Shown piece after piece: positions 8,063-16,743 of a stretch of DNA of 55,624 nucleotides. The number at the start of each line of letters is the position of its first letter. Position 1 is the stretch's first letter. A program made the translations under genes and the position numbers. Below the pieces are notes generated by a model, which had not been told where the DNA came from, ran no database searches, and worked only from the letters and a program-made list of their open reading frames with translations. Source of the stretch: Dehalococcoidia bacterium (GTDB taxonomy: Bacteria; Chloroflexota; Dehalococcoidia; DSTF01; RBG-16-68-14); assembly GCA_040882355.1 (NCBI GenBank), contig JBBEBM010000078.1, positions 1 to 55,624 on the forward strand. The letters are read 5' to 3'.

Positions 8063-8986
8063 TCAAGGCGCGTGCCGCGCCGCGCCCATCAGCTCGCGCA
8101 CGTCCTCGATGCCGTGCTCGGCCATGTAGCGCTGGAGGCCTTCTAGCACGTCTAGCGGGGCGCGGGGGTTGACGAAGCTGGCCGTGCCCACCTGGACCGC
8201 CGTCGCGCCCGCGAGCAGGAACTCGACGGCGTCCTCGCCGGTGCTGATGCCGCCGCAGCCGACGACCGGCACGTCGACCGCGCCCGCGACCTGGTAGACC
8301 ATCCGCAGGGCAACGGGCCTGATCGCCGGGCCGGAAAGCCCGCCGAAGACGCTGCCCAGCACCGGGCGGCGGGTGTCGGCGTCGATCGCCATCGCCTGGA
8401 GGGTGTTGATCACGCAGAGGGCGTCGGCGCCCGCTTCAACGACGGCGCGGGCGACCGAGACGATGTCGGTGACGTTGGGCGTGAGCTTGACGATGACGGG
8501 CAGCGTGGTCTGGCGGACCACGGCCTCCGTGACGGCGGCGGCGGTGTCGGGCTCCTGGCCGAACTCCATGCCGCCCCGACGCGCGTTCGGGCTGGAGATG
8601 TTCACCTCGATGCCGCTGACGCCGTCGACGCCCTCCAGTCGAGCTGCTACGTCGCCGTACTCCTCGATCGTCGCGCCGAGGATGCTGACGATGACCGGGA
8701 TGCGCCAGCGGGCCCAGCGCGGCGCGAGGTCCCGCACGACGTTGTCGACGCCCGGGTTCTGCAGGCCGATGGCGTTGAGCATGCCGGCCGGCGTCTCGGC
8801 GGTGCGAGTCTGGGCGCTGCCGGCGCGGGAGTGGAGCGTCACGGTCTTCGTGACCACCGCGCCCAGCTTCTGCACGTCGAACGTGTGGCGCTCCAGGCCG
8901 AAGCTGAACGTGCCTGAGGCGGTCATCACCGGGTTCGCGAGCGCGAGCCCGCCCTTTCGCCCGGGCAGCTCGACCTGCAGATTCAA
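8063..8986 (-). CDS. pyrD: Dihydroorotate dehydrogenase, class 1B-type catalytic subunit
   Basis: [45 protein letters not shown] start after AGGAGG. Active-site loop reads NISSPN. Confidence 0.95.
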   Translation of the reverse strand: MNLQVELPGRKGGLALANPVMTASGTFSFGLERHTFDVQKLGAVVTKTVTLHSRAGSAQTRTAETPAGMLNAIGLQNPGVDNVVRDLAPRWARWRIPVIVSILGATIEEYGDVAARLEGVDGVSGIEVNISSPNARRGGMEFGQEPDTAAAVTEAVVRQTTLPVIVKLTPNVTDIVSVARAVVEAGADALCVINTLQAMAIDADTRRPVLGSVFGGLSGPAIRPVALRMVYQVAGAVDVPVVGCGGISTGEDAVEFLLAGATAVQVGTASFVNPRAPLDVLEGLQRYMAEHGIEDVRELMGAARHAP

Positions 8987-9019
8987 ACGAGTGGCCTCCT
9001 GCGATGTGCTTTCGGCGGC

Positions 9020-9025
9020 ATTATA
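9020..9025 (-). promoter_or_regulatory. -10 box (TATAAT) of a dedicated pyrD promoter
   Basis: Perfect TATAAT about 35 nt upstream of the TTG, downstream of a terminator. Confidence 0.55.
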
Positions 9026-9098
9026 CTTGCCCGCCGCAGGTGTGGCTTGCCCGCCCGGAAGAGGGGAGGCTGGCCCCGGCGCGCCGGCCGCTGCGTGC

Positions 9099-9129
9099 AA
9101 AAGAACGGGGGCTCCCGAAGGAGCCCCCG
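9099..9129 (-). terminator. Rho-independent terminator
   Basis: CGGGGGCTCC-TTCG-GGAGCCCCCG followed by TTCTTTT. Confidence 0.8.
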
Positions 9130-9166
9130 GCGGGGATAGGGCCACTGGCCGCGGTGCGCCTTATCC

Positions 9167-9415
9167 TTACTTCTTGCGTTGCTCACCCGGTCGAATCTGC
9201 GTCGGCCGGCCGCGCTGGCTCGACCAACGGCCGAGTCCGGCGCTGCCAGACTCCCAAAGAGCGTCTTCGGCGGCATTGGGGAAGCGCTTCGCGGTGCCGC
9301 AGCGCTTGCAGACGCCCCGGCTTGTGGCGCCGTGAGGCGTCTCGATAATCCAGCGGTGCTTGCAGGTCGAGGCTGCGCGCCCGCGGCGTTCCTGTACGAC
9401 GATTCCTTCGCTCAT
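9167..9415 (-). CDS. Small zinc-ribbon-like protein (CxH...CxxC)
   Basis: CKHRWII...GVCKRCG, strong GAGGAGG RBS, own promoter and terminator. Confidence 0.85.
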   Translation of the reverse strand: MSEGIVVQERRGRAASTCKHRWIIETPHGATSRGVCKRCGTAKRFPNAAEDALWESGSAGLGRWSSQRGRPTQIRPGEQRKK

Positions 9416-9498
9416 CTCCTCCTCTGCTTTCTCTCCCCAACCCTCTTCTCTATACGTCTCGACCTCAACTGGGGTTCCCCGATGCCTTTCGGAAAGCT

Positions 9499-9528
9499 AT
9501 GGTAGCACGCGATCTTTTCCAGTGTCAA
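9499..9528 (-). promoter_or_regulatory. Sigma70-type promoter of the small Zn-ribbon gene
   Basis: TTGACA-18nt-TACCAT with an extended TG, in an AT-rich divergent intergenic region. Confidence 0.6.
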
Positions 9529-9636
9529 GGTTTTCACGATAAGTGTAATACTTTGTTCATAAATTCTTGCCCGACGGCGCCTTTGGAGCCTATACTAAGC
9601 CAAAGGTGGGGAAAGCCCCCGGCTTCGAAAGGCCGC

Positions 9637-10299
9637 ATGACGAATACAAAGGTCGAGATCGTCGCGCTGTTGAAGCGCAACGGTGGCCATAGCGTGAAGG
9701 AGCTGGCGGCCGCCCTCCATCTCGCCGCCGTCACGGTACGCCAGCACCTGACCCACCTCCAGCGCGACGGGCTGATCGCTGCCCAGCAGCGCCCGAACGG
9801 CTACGCCCGGCCCAGCTACGTCTTCCGCCTCACCGCGAAGGGCCACGCTGCCTCCTTCCCGCGTCGCTCCGACCGCCTGGTCGAGCTGCTGGTGCGCGAG
9901 ATCAGCCTACTCGAGGGCGAGGAGCTGACCGGGCTCTCCAAGCAGGCGAAGGTGTCGCTGGTGCTCCAGCGGGTGGCCTTTCACCTTGCCGACGAGTTCA
10001 CGCCGTTCCTGCGAGGCTGGCGCCTGCAGGAGCGCGTCGCGTTCGTGACCGAGGTGATGCATGCGGACGGCGGCTTCGCCGAGTGGGAGGCGGCCGAAGG
10101 AGGGTTCGAGATTCGCGACTTCAACTGCCTCTTCCACCGCTTCTTCCAGAGTGAGAACGAGGTCTGCGAGTGGCATCGGAGCTTCCTCAGCCGCGTGCTG
10201 GGGACGGAAGTGCGGGTGACCCCGTGCCCCAACGGCAGCGCGCAGTGCTGCCGCTTCGTGATCGAGGCCACGGCGGACGTAACGGCCAAGGCCGGCTAG
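9637..10299 (+). CDS. ArsR/SufR-like winged-HTH regulator with a Cys-rich C-terminal domain
   Basis: HTH TVRQHLTHLQRDGLI, RPSYVFRLT, and FNCLF...VCEWH...PCPNGSAQCC. Precedes mrp. Confidence 0.85.
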   Translation: MTNTKVEIVALLKRNGGHSVKELAAALHLAAVTVRQHLTHLQRDGLIAAQQRPNGYARPSYVFRLTAKGHAASFPRRSDRLVELLVREISLLEGEELTGLSKQAKVSLVLQRVAFHLADEFTPFLRGWRLQERVAFVTEVMHADGGFAEWEAAEGGFEIRDFNCLFHRFFQSENEVCEWHRSFLSRVLGTEVRVTPCPNGSAQCCRFVIEATADVTAKAG

Positions 10300-10315
10300 T
10301 CAAGGATGAGAGCGA

Positions 10316-11377
10316 ATGCCTAGCGAAGACCAGATCCTCGCCGCGCTCCGGCAGGTAGAAGATCCCGACCTCCACCGCGACATCGTGTCGCTCGGGTTCA
10401 TCGCGGACCTCAAGGTGACTGACGGGCGCGTCGCTCTCCGTGTCGTCCTCACGACGCCCGCCTGCCCCGTGCGCGAGCAGATGAAGGCGCAGGTGGAGGA
10501 GATCCTCTTGGGCCTGTCGGGCGTCAACGAGGTCGATGTCACGATGGACGCGGAGGTGCGCGCGAACCAGCCGATGGGCGCGGCTCGGCCCGTCGAAGGG
10601 GTGCGCAATATCATCGCCGTCGCCAGCAACAAAGGCGGCGTGGGCAAGTCGACGGTGTCGGTGAACCTCGCCGTCGCGCTGGCGAAGCGAGGCGCCCGCG
10701 TCGGACTCGTCGACGCGGACGTGACCGGTCCGAACATCCCGATCATGATGGGCTACGAGGCGGGCTTCATGGCGGAGGAGGAGCGGGGCCTCCACACCAT
10801 CGAGAAGTATGGCGTAAGCATGGTGTCGCTCGGCTTCGTGCTGCCGCGGCTCTCGCCGGTCGTCTGGCGCGGGCCGATGGTGGGCACGGCCGTCCGCCAG
10901 CTCCTGCACGACATCAAGTGGGGCGAGCTGGACTACCTGGTGATCGACCTGCCGCCCGGCACGAGCGACGCCTCGATGAGCATGGCGCAGGAGGCGCCGA
11001 TCTCCGGCGTCGTCATCGTCAGCACGCCGCAGGACGTTGCGTGGGAGGACGCGGGGAAGGCGGTCGCGATGTTCGACAAGCTGAACGTGCCGGTCTTCGG
11101 CGTCGTCGAGAACATGAGCTACTTCCTCTGCCCGCACTGCGGCGAGCGGACGGAGATCTTCGGGCACGGCGGCGGGCAGCGGGCCGCCGAGGAGCTGGGC
11201 CTGGAGTTCCTCGGCGAGATACCACTAGACATAAAGACACGCGAAGCCGGCGACAAAGGTGTGCCCATCGTCGAGTCCGATCCGGATTCGACGCAAGGGC
11301 GGGCCTTCATGCGTGTGGCGGAGCTGGTAGCGGCGCGCTGTAGTGTTCTCCAATTCGCCTCCGCTGGGGTACAATAA
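10316..11377 (+). CDS. apbC: Mrp/NBP35 (ApbC) Fe-S cluster carrier ATPase
   Basis: N-terminal TTPACP domain, KGGVGKST, WRGPM, DLPPGTSD, ENMSYFLCPHCG. Confidence 0.95.
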   Translation: MPSEDQILAALRQVEDPDLHRDIVSLGFIADLKVTDGRVALRVVLTTPACPVREQMKAQVEEILLGLSGVNEVDVTMDAEVRANQPMGAARPVEGVRNIIAVASNKGGVGKSTVSVNLAVALAKRGARVGLVDADVTGPNIPIMMGYEAGFMAEEERGLHTIEKYGVSMVSLGFVLPRLSPVVWRGPMVGTAVRQLLHDIKWGELDYLVIDLPPGTSDASMSMAQEAPISGVVIVSTPQDVAWEDAGKAVAMFDKLNVPVFGVVENMSYFLCPHCGERTEIFGHGGGQRAAEELGLEFLGEIPLDIKTREAGDKGVPIVESDPDSTQGRAFMRVAELVAARCSVLQFASAGVQ

Positions 11378-11381
11378 GGCC

Positions 11382-12377
11382 GTGAGCTTACGCTTCTTCC
11401 GCCGCAAGGGAGCGGCGGGCGCCCCGCCCGAAGAAACGGCCGTTGAGCCGGAGGTGTCGCCGAACGGCGATACGCCGGAGGCCGATCCCGCGCCCCGCCG
11501 CCGGCGTACGGGCGCGCGGCCGGCGAGTCGCTCCCGGGCCGGCGCAACGCCTGCGGCCAAACCCCTGACCGATCCGCCGCCCTCCTCCGACAAAGAAACC
11601 GCACCTACGAAATCGCCGACGCGGCGCGGCAGCCGCGGGCGCCGCGGTGGCGCCGGGCGCAAGCCGGCGGCCGCGGTTCCTGTCGAGGAGACCGCCGCCA
11701 TGCCCGCGCTGGTTGTCCCCCCGCGACCCCAGGGCGCCACGGTCGAGGCGATCCTCGCCCAACAGACCGCGCTGATTCAGCAGCTCGCGGAGCACGAAGT
11801 CGCCGCGATGAAGGCAGTCCAGGCCACGCTCGTCGCCATCGAGAACCGGCTATCGCAGACCGGCGACCGATCGACGACGGCCGAACGGCCCCGCGTCGGT
11901 ATCTTCGTGGACGTCCCCAACGTCATGTACGCGGCGGAGCGACAGGGCGTCGCGCTCGACTTCGGCAAGCTGCTCGCGATGCTGGCGCGCGGACGCGAGA
12001 TGGTCCGCGCGAGCGCGTACGCACCGATCAGCGACGATCCGAGCGCGAGGTTGGACACGCAGCGGTTCGTCCAGCCCTTCGTCGGCCACGGCTATCGTAT
12101 CGTCACCAAGCCGCTCAAACGCTACGCCGACGGCTCGATGAAGGCGAACTTCGACGTCGAGCTGGCGATGGACGTGCTCACGATGTCGGACCGGCTCGAC
12201 ACGGTCACGCTCGTCTCCGGCGATGGCGACTTCCGCCGCCTCGTGGAGCTCGTCGAGAGCAAGGGCGTGCGCGTGGAGGTGGTCGCGTTCAGCCAGAGCA
12301 CAGCGGCCGAGTTGCGCGCGCTGGCCGATGAGTACATCGACCTGAACGACCGCCTGCCCGAACTCCGGGCGACGTAG
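11382..12377 (+). CDS. NYN (LabA/DUF88) domain protein with a long disordered N-terminus
   Basis: IFVDVPN, KANFDVELAMD, LVSGDGDF, LRALADEYIDL. Confidence 0.9.
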   Translation: MSLRFFRRKGAAGAPPEETAVEPEVSPNGDTPEADPAPRRRRTGARPASRSRAGATPAAKPLTDPPPSSDKETAPTKSPTRRGSRGRRGGAGRKPAAAVPVEETAAMPALVVPPRPQGATVEAILAQQTALIQQLAEHEVAAMKAVQATLVAIENRLSQTGDRSTTAERPRVGIFVDVPNVMYAAERQGVALDFGKLLAMLARGREMVRASAYAPISDDPSARLDTQRFVQPFVGHGYRIVTKPLKRYADGSMKANFDVELAMDVLTMSDRLDTVTLVSGDGDFRRLVELVESKGVRVEVVAFSQSTAAELRALADEYIDLNDRLPELRAT

Positions 12378-12379
12378 CG

Positions 12380-12763
12380 TTGGCGACGCCTCCCACCGTC
12401 CTCCTGGCAGAAGACTTTCCGGACTTCCGCGCAAAGCTCCTCTCCCTGCTCGAGCCGATCGCCCTCACGTGCATCATGACCCGCAACGGCCGCGAGGCGA
12501 TCGAGGTGCTGCAGGACCTCTCCCGCGACCTGCACCTGCTGATCACCGACATGGACATGCCGGTGCACACGGGCTGGGAGGTGATCGAGGCGGCGCGGAC
12601 ACATCGAGGCCACGTGCTCCCTGTGATCATGCAAACCGGCGAAGCGAAGTATACGTACGTGCGTCGCAAGGCGGAGGAGCTGGGCATCGTGCTCATCGAC
12701 AAGACGGACGTGGGCACGTTGCTGGCGCCGGCGGTGCGCGACGCGCTGGCGCTCGCCCGGTAA
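12380..12763 (+). CDS. Single-domain response regulator
   Basis: LLAED, LLITDMDMP..TG, MQTG and K; receiver fold. Confidence 0.88.
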   Translation: MATPPTVLLAEDFPDFRAKLLSLLEPIALTCIMTRNGREAIEVLQDLSRDLHLLITDMDMPVHTGWEVIEAARTHRGHVLPVIMQTGEAKYTYVRRKAEELGIVLIDKTDVGTLLAPAVRDALALAR

Positions 12764-12764
12764 G

Positions 12765-12794
12765 CAAGAGGCCCCTCGTTCGAGGGGCCTCTTG
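12765..12794. terminator. Hairpin terminator between convergent genes
   Basis: CAAGAGGCCCCTCG-TT-CGAGGGGCCTCTTG perfect inverted repeat. Confidence 0.7.
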
Positions 12795-12816
12795 GCGTTT
12801 CGCTTAGCGTAGGCGG

Positions 12817-12966
12817 CTAGCTCTTCTCGCTTGGCTCAGCGGGCTTCGGCAGGGTGAGGTCGGAGACGCTGGGCGCGCCTGGACTCGACCGGTAGGTCTT
12901 CTTTAGGTCGTCTACGGCGGCCGTCAATCGCTGCAGGTGCTGTGAGCGCTGGATATCCTTGGACAT
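12817..12966 (-). CDS. Small 49-aa hypothetical protein (absent from the ORF track)
   Basis: MSKDIQRSQHLQRLTAAVDDLKKTYRSSPGAPSVSDLTLPKPAEPSEKS. GAGGAGG RBS 5 nt before ATG; ends just before a terminator. Confidence 0.65.
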   Translation of the reverse strand: MSKDIQRSQHLQRLTAAVDDLKKTYRSSPGAPSVSDLTLPKPAEPSEKS

Positions 12967-13132
12967 CGCTTCCTCCTCGCGTTCAGTCTCCCGCTTTGGT
13001 CACCACCAGCACCAGCGACGGTTCCACTCTAGATATCGGCCAGAGGACGCATGGTGTTACGCCTTGTCGCGCAGATGGATCAGAAAGGCCCCGTCAGTCG
13101 ACAGGGCCAGGCCGGGGTTGGCTTCGTGTCGC

Positions 13133-14170
13133 CTAGTCGTCGTCTTCCGGCTCGTCTTGGCTGTCCTCGCCGCGGTTTCCGTTGCCGCCGCCTGGCCCGC
13201 TGTTGTCGTCATCATCCCCGTTGTCATCAGGTTCATCATCTGAGCCAGGAGGCGAGCCGTCGTCTGCGCCGCCGTTGCCGCCGCCGTGGTTGTCGGGCGG
13301 GCCCTGGTCGTCGTCACCCTCGTCCTCGTCCTGTCCGCCATTCGAGCCCTGGCCTCCATCATCATCGTCATCGTCCTGGCCGCTGTCGTTGCCCGGGCCG
13401 CTAGAGTCGTCATCCTCACCGTTGCCGGGGCCGGAGTGGTCGTCGCCGGCATCGTTGTCATCGCCGCTTCCCGGCCCGCTCGGGTCGTCGTTCTGGCCGT
13501 CGTTCGCTGGCGCGGGGCCCTGGCTGTCAGCGACGTGTTCCCGCTCGATCTCGCGCGCCACGAGCGTGCCATCGGTTTCGCGGGACGCTCGCACCTTGAC
13601 CGTGTCGCCGGGGCCGAGATCGGCTAGCGCGGCGATGCCCTTGAACTCGGTGTCGGGCGTGATGACGACGGTCTGCGGGCCGGTTTCGGTGGTGATGGTG
13701 AGCGCCGCGGCGTCGACCGACTCCACCGTTCCGCGCAAGTCGATGCGATGCTCGCTGCTGCTACTGCCGAGAAGCCGCGTAAACGGCCTCGACGGGCTGC
13801 CGGTCGCGGCCGAGACGCCGACGGCGGTGCCCCCCAGCACGAGCAGGATGAGGAGCGCGGGTATCGCCTGCGGCAGCATCGCGAACCGGCGGATCCCTAT
13901 CGCAAGCGCCTGCAGCGCCGACGGACGTGTCTCGGGAGCGCTCGCCTGCTCCGCGACAGCCGAGAGCAGGACAGCCCGGCCCTGCAACTGCGCACCGGGG
14001 CGAGGCAGGAGCGCGGGGCCCGCAGCAAGCAGCGTCTGCGCGAACGCGAGCTGCTCGCGCAGCTCAGCGGCGTGCTCCGGGTAGGGCGCGACGCAGTCAT
14101 CGATGCCGGCGCCGGCGCGCAGCACGTCCAGGCATTCGTCCAGCAGCTCCTCGAACCGTCTCGTCGTCAT
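13133..14170 (-). CDS. Putative anti-sigma factor: N-terminal helical domain, TM, DUF5666-like domain, D/G/N-rich tail
   Basis: Directly after the ECF sigma gene. LRGTVES...DTEF...LGPGDTVKV...LVAREIE, then repeated DDxSGPG. Confidence 0.75.
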   Translation of the reverse strand: MTTRRFEELLDECLDVLRAGAGIDDCVAPYPEHAAELREQLAFAQTLLAAGPALLPRPGAQLQGRAVLLSAVAEQASAPETRPSALQALAIGIRRFAMLPQAIPALLILLVLGGTAVGVSAATGSPSRPFTRLLGSSSSEHRIDLRGTVESVDAAALTITTETGPQTVVITPDTEFKGIAALADLGPGDTVKVRASRETDGTLVAREIEREHVADSQGPAPANDGQNDDPSGPGSGDDNDAGDDHSGPGNGEDDDSSGPGNDSGQDDDDDDGGQGSNGGQDEDEGDDDQGPPDNHGGGNGGADDGSPPGSDDEPDDNGDDDDNSGPGGGNGNRGEDSQDEPEDDD

Positions 14171-14177
14171 CGCGTCC

Positions 14178-14768
14178 TCAGCCTGCCATCACCCGGCGCA
14201 GCGAGTTGAGCGCGCGGTTCTGCAACACGCGCACGGCACCCGAGCGGCGGCCCATGATCGCGGCGGTCTCTTCGTGCGAAAGTCCTTGGAAGAAGCGCAG
14301 GATCACCACCCGCTGCTGGTCGTCGGTGAGCTGCCGGAGGGCGGCCTGCACGTCCTGCGACAGCGCGAACTGCTCGGTCTGGTCCGCTTCCTGCAGCCGC
14401 GCGTCGTTCGACTCGTCCTCGAGTGCGACGGTGGGCCGGCGGGCCCTGCGCCGGAGGTGGTCGGCCGTGAGGTTGCGCGCGATGCGGTACAGCCACGCGG
14501 AGAAGGGCAGGCCACGATAGCGGTAGCTCCGGATGCCGCGCAGCGCCTCCAGGAACACGTCGGACGCGAGGTCTTCGGAGGCGGGCCGGTCGCCGGTGCG
14601 CAGGTAGCAGAATTGAAAGATCTTCATATAGTACTGGTCGTAGAGCAGCCCCCAGGCCTCCTGCGAGAAGGCCTGCGCTTCTTCGACCAGCCGTTCTCCC
14701 GACAGCGCGGGCGTCTCCTCGGGTAGGGAGCCGGCTAGCATCTCCTGTTGATTTCTCAATGCTTCCAT
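14178..14768 (-). CDS. ECF RNA polymerase sigma factor
   Basis: SEDLASDVF, FSAWLYRIARN, VVILRFFQGLSHEETAAIMG, RALNSLR. Confidence 0.93.
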   Translation of the reverse strand: MEALRNQQEMLAGSLPEETPALSGERLVEEAQAFSQEAWGLLYDQYYMKIFQFCYLRTGDRPASEDLASDVFLEALRGIRSYRYRGLPFSAWLYRIARNLTADHLRRRARRPTVALEDESNDARLQEADQTEQFALSQDVQAALRQLTDDQQRVVILRFFQGLSHEETAAIMGRRSGAVRVLQNRALNSLRRVMAG

Positions 14769-14846
14769 CTCTCTCGAAGGGCGAAATGTTACGGCATATG
14801 GAGTATCGGCGGGGACAATTCGGCCTGCGACGCCGTCTTGCTCAGT

Positions 14847-15097
14847 ATGCGGCCCTTCGGCGTCCCGGGCATGTGCTGTCTGGCCCTGCTTGCCTTCGCC
14901 TGTGGCCAGGGCTGCTCTGGCAGATCGAGTCGCTGCGCGAGAGCATCGAGCTACCTGTTGAGGTCGAAGGCCGGGCGCTCGCGGTGACGTCGTCGCTGGA
15001 GTCGGGGGTGTACGTCGTCTCGCTACAGCTCTTCTTCGAGGGCGCCGGCGACGTGAACTACGGCGTGCTCGTCGCGCTCTTGCCCGTCGAGGGGTAG
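14847..15097 (+). pseudogene. Possible internally deleted or frameshifted lipoprotein remnant
   Basis: Signal and lipobox (LALLAFAC) in one frame; protein-like C-terminal segment (LRESIELPVEV...YGVLV) in another. Confidence 0.35.
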
Positions 15098-15568
15098 GCG
15101 GGCCTGCCCGTTCGCGGGCTTCGCGCTTGTGCGACGGTTGCGCTGGCCGGGGCGCAGGCCGAACTCGTCGAAGTGCTGCTCCAGCCCGAAGTAGAAGACG
15201 AGGTGGTTGCGGAGCTGGTTGATCTCGACCGCAAGGCCGGTGCTGAGCAGGTAGCCGCGCACGTTCTTCGAGAAGCCTTCGCCTCCGAAGACCAGGATGT
15301 GCTTGATCGGGCGGCTCGCGAAGTCGTTGATCGTGTGGACGAGCTTGTCCTCGGCCGAGCCAGGCCCCTGCTGGTACTTGCACTCGATGCCCAGGTAGCG
15401 CCCGGCCAGGTCGTAGACCAGGAAGTCGATGATCCGCTGCCGGCCGAGGATGCTCACGCCCATCCGCACCTGTCGCAAGTATGCCAGGCCCAGCTCGCCG
15501 ATGACGCCCTCGACCTCGCCCTCGAAGCGGGCGCCGGTCGTGAGCTTGCGGCCTTCCGGCTCGGTCAC
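15023..15568 (-). CDS. PD-(D/E)XK superfamily nuclease (putative restriction endonuclease)
   Basis: TGARFE, IIDFLV, GIECKYQQGPGSAEDK. GTG start overlaps the MTase stop (GTGA). Confidence 0.8.
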   Translation of the reverse strand: MTEPEGRKLTTGARFEGEVEGVIGELGLAYLRQVRMGVSILGRQRIIDFLVYDLAGRYLGIECKYQQGPGSAEDKLVHTINDFASRPIKHILVFGGEGFSKNVRGYLLSTGLAVEINQLRNHLVFYFGLEQHFDEFGLRPGQRNRRTSAKPANGQARLPLDGQERDEHAVVHVAGALEEEL

Positions 15569-16353
15569 GAACGCTCGCCCTTCGAGGCGCCTTCGACGCG
15601 CTGGCGGGACAGCTCGGCGTACTTGGCGACCGACTCGATGAGCACCCAGCGGCGGCCGTTCCGCGCGGCGGCGACGCCTAGCGTGCCGGCGCCGCCGAAC
15701 GGGTCGAGCAGCAGGTCGTCCGGCTTCGACACGAGCAGCACGGCGCGTTCGACGAGCGCCAGCGGCTTCTGCGACGGGTGCCCTCCGTTGACGCGCTCGC
15801 GCGCGGCGGTGACCGGGAACTCCCAGAGGTTGCGCATCTGGCGCCCGCCGTTCATCTCCTTCGCGTCCCAGTAGTTGAACGTCCACTTTTTCGCCTTCTT
15901 CGGCGTCTCGTTGATCGCCCAGACGATCTGCTCGGTGCTCTCGGTGAGCGTGCGGGCGGTGATATTGGGCTGGGCGTTCGGCTTGAACCAGACGATCGAG
16001 TTGAGGATGCGCCGCTCCAGCACGTGGCCGAGCAGAAAACCGAGCAGGTAGATGTTGTGATACGTGCCGAAGACCAGGATGTTGCCGTTTGGCTTGACGA
16101 CGCGACAGGCCTCGGTGAGCCAGTCGACGCTGAAGCGGAAGTAGTCGTCCTCGCTGAACTGGTCCCACGTCTCCTGCATCGTCACGTGCGACGAAAACGC
16201 CCAGCCGAGCCCCTTCTTGCCGCGCCGCCCGCGTCCGGAGCCGATGTTGAACGGCGGGTCGGCAATGACGTGGTCGACACAGGCGTCGGGCCAGGAGCGC
16301 ATGATCTCCAGGCAATCGCCGGTGTAGATGTGGTTAGGTGTGGGCTCGGGCAT
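15565..16353 (-). CDS. Site-specific DNA methyltransferase (N6A/N4C, beta class, DpnA/CcrM-like)
   Basis: ADPPFN, GTYHNIY, IVWFKPN..PN, HPSQKP, LDPFGGAGT; catalytic motif precedes the SAM motif. Confidence 0.93.
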   Translation of the reverse strand: MPEPTPNHIYTGDCLEIMRSWPDACVDHVIADPPFNIGSGRGRRGKKGLGWAFSSHVTMQETWDQFSEDDYFRFSVDWLTEACRVVKPNGNILVFGTYHNIYLLGFLLGHVLERRILNSIVWFKPNAQPNITARTLTESTEQIVWAINETPKKAKKWTFNYWDAKEMNGGRQMRNLWEFPVTAARERVNGGHPSQKPLALVERAVLLVSKPDDLLLDPFGGAGTLGVAAARNGRRWVLIESVAKYAELSRQRVEGASKGERS

Positions 16354-16479
16354 GGATCTGATCACTTGCGATGGTACATGGGCCGATCGCCGGCGTCAAG
16401 GACACCCCAGAGCCCGGGTTGCACCTCGCGCCTCGTGGTGCTACTATCAATGGGTAGTAGTGCTAAGAGGAGTGAGGTA

Positions 16480-16743
16480 GTGATAGAGCTGCGAAGGGTG
16501 GTCACGCGGAAGGGCCAGGTGACGGTGCCGGCTGAGATCCGCCGAGAGTTGGGGCTAAGAGTGGGCGATGAGGTCGCCTTTCTCGTGGATAGTGGCGAAG
16601 TCCGGCTGGCCCGTAGCGGCAGCGTGGTCGCGCGCACGGCGGGCGTCTTCAAGAGCCGGAAGCGGGCGCTGTCGGCGGAAGATCTCCGGGACGCAGCCGA
16701 GAAGGCGATTGCAGAGGAGGCCGTCGAGCGAGCGGGCGTTTAG
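16480..16743 (+). CDS. vapB: AbrB/MazE/SpoVT-family antitoxin (VapB-like)
   Basis: VTRKGQVTVPAEIRRELGLRVGDEVAF; abuts the PIN gene. Confidence 0.88.
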   Translation: MIELRRVVTRKGQVTVPAEIRRELGLRVGDEVAFLVDSGEVRLARSGSVVARTAGVFKSRKRALSAEDLRDAAEKAIAEEAVERAGV

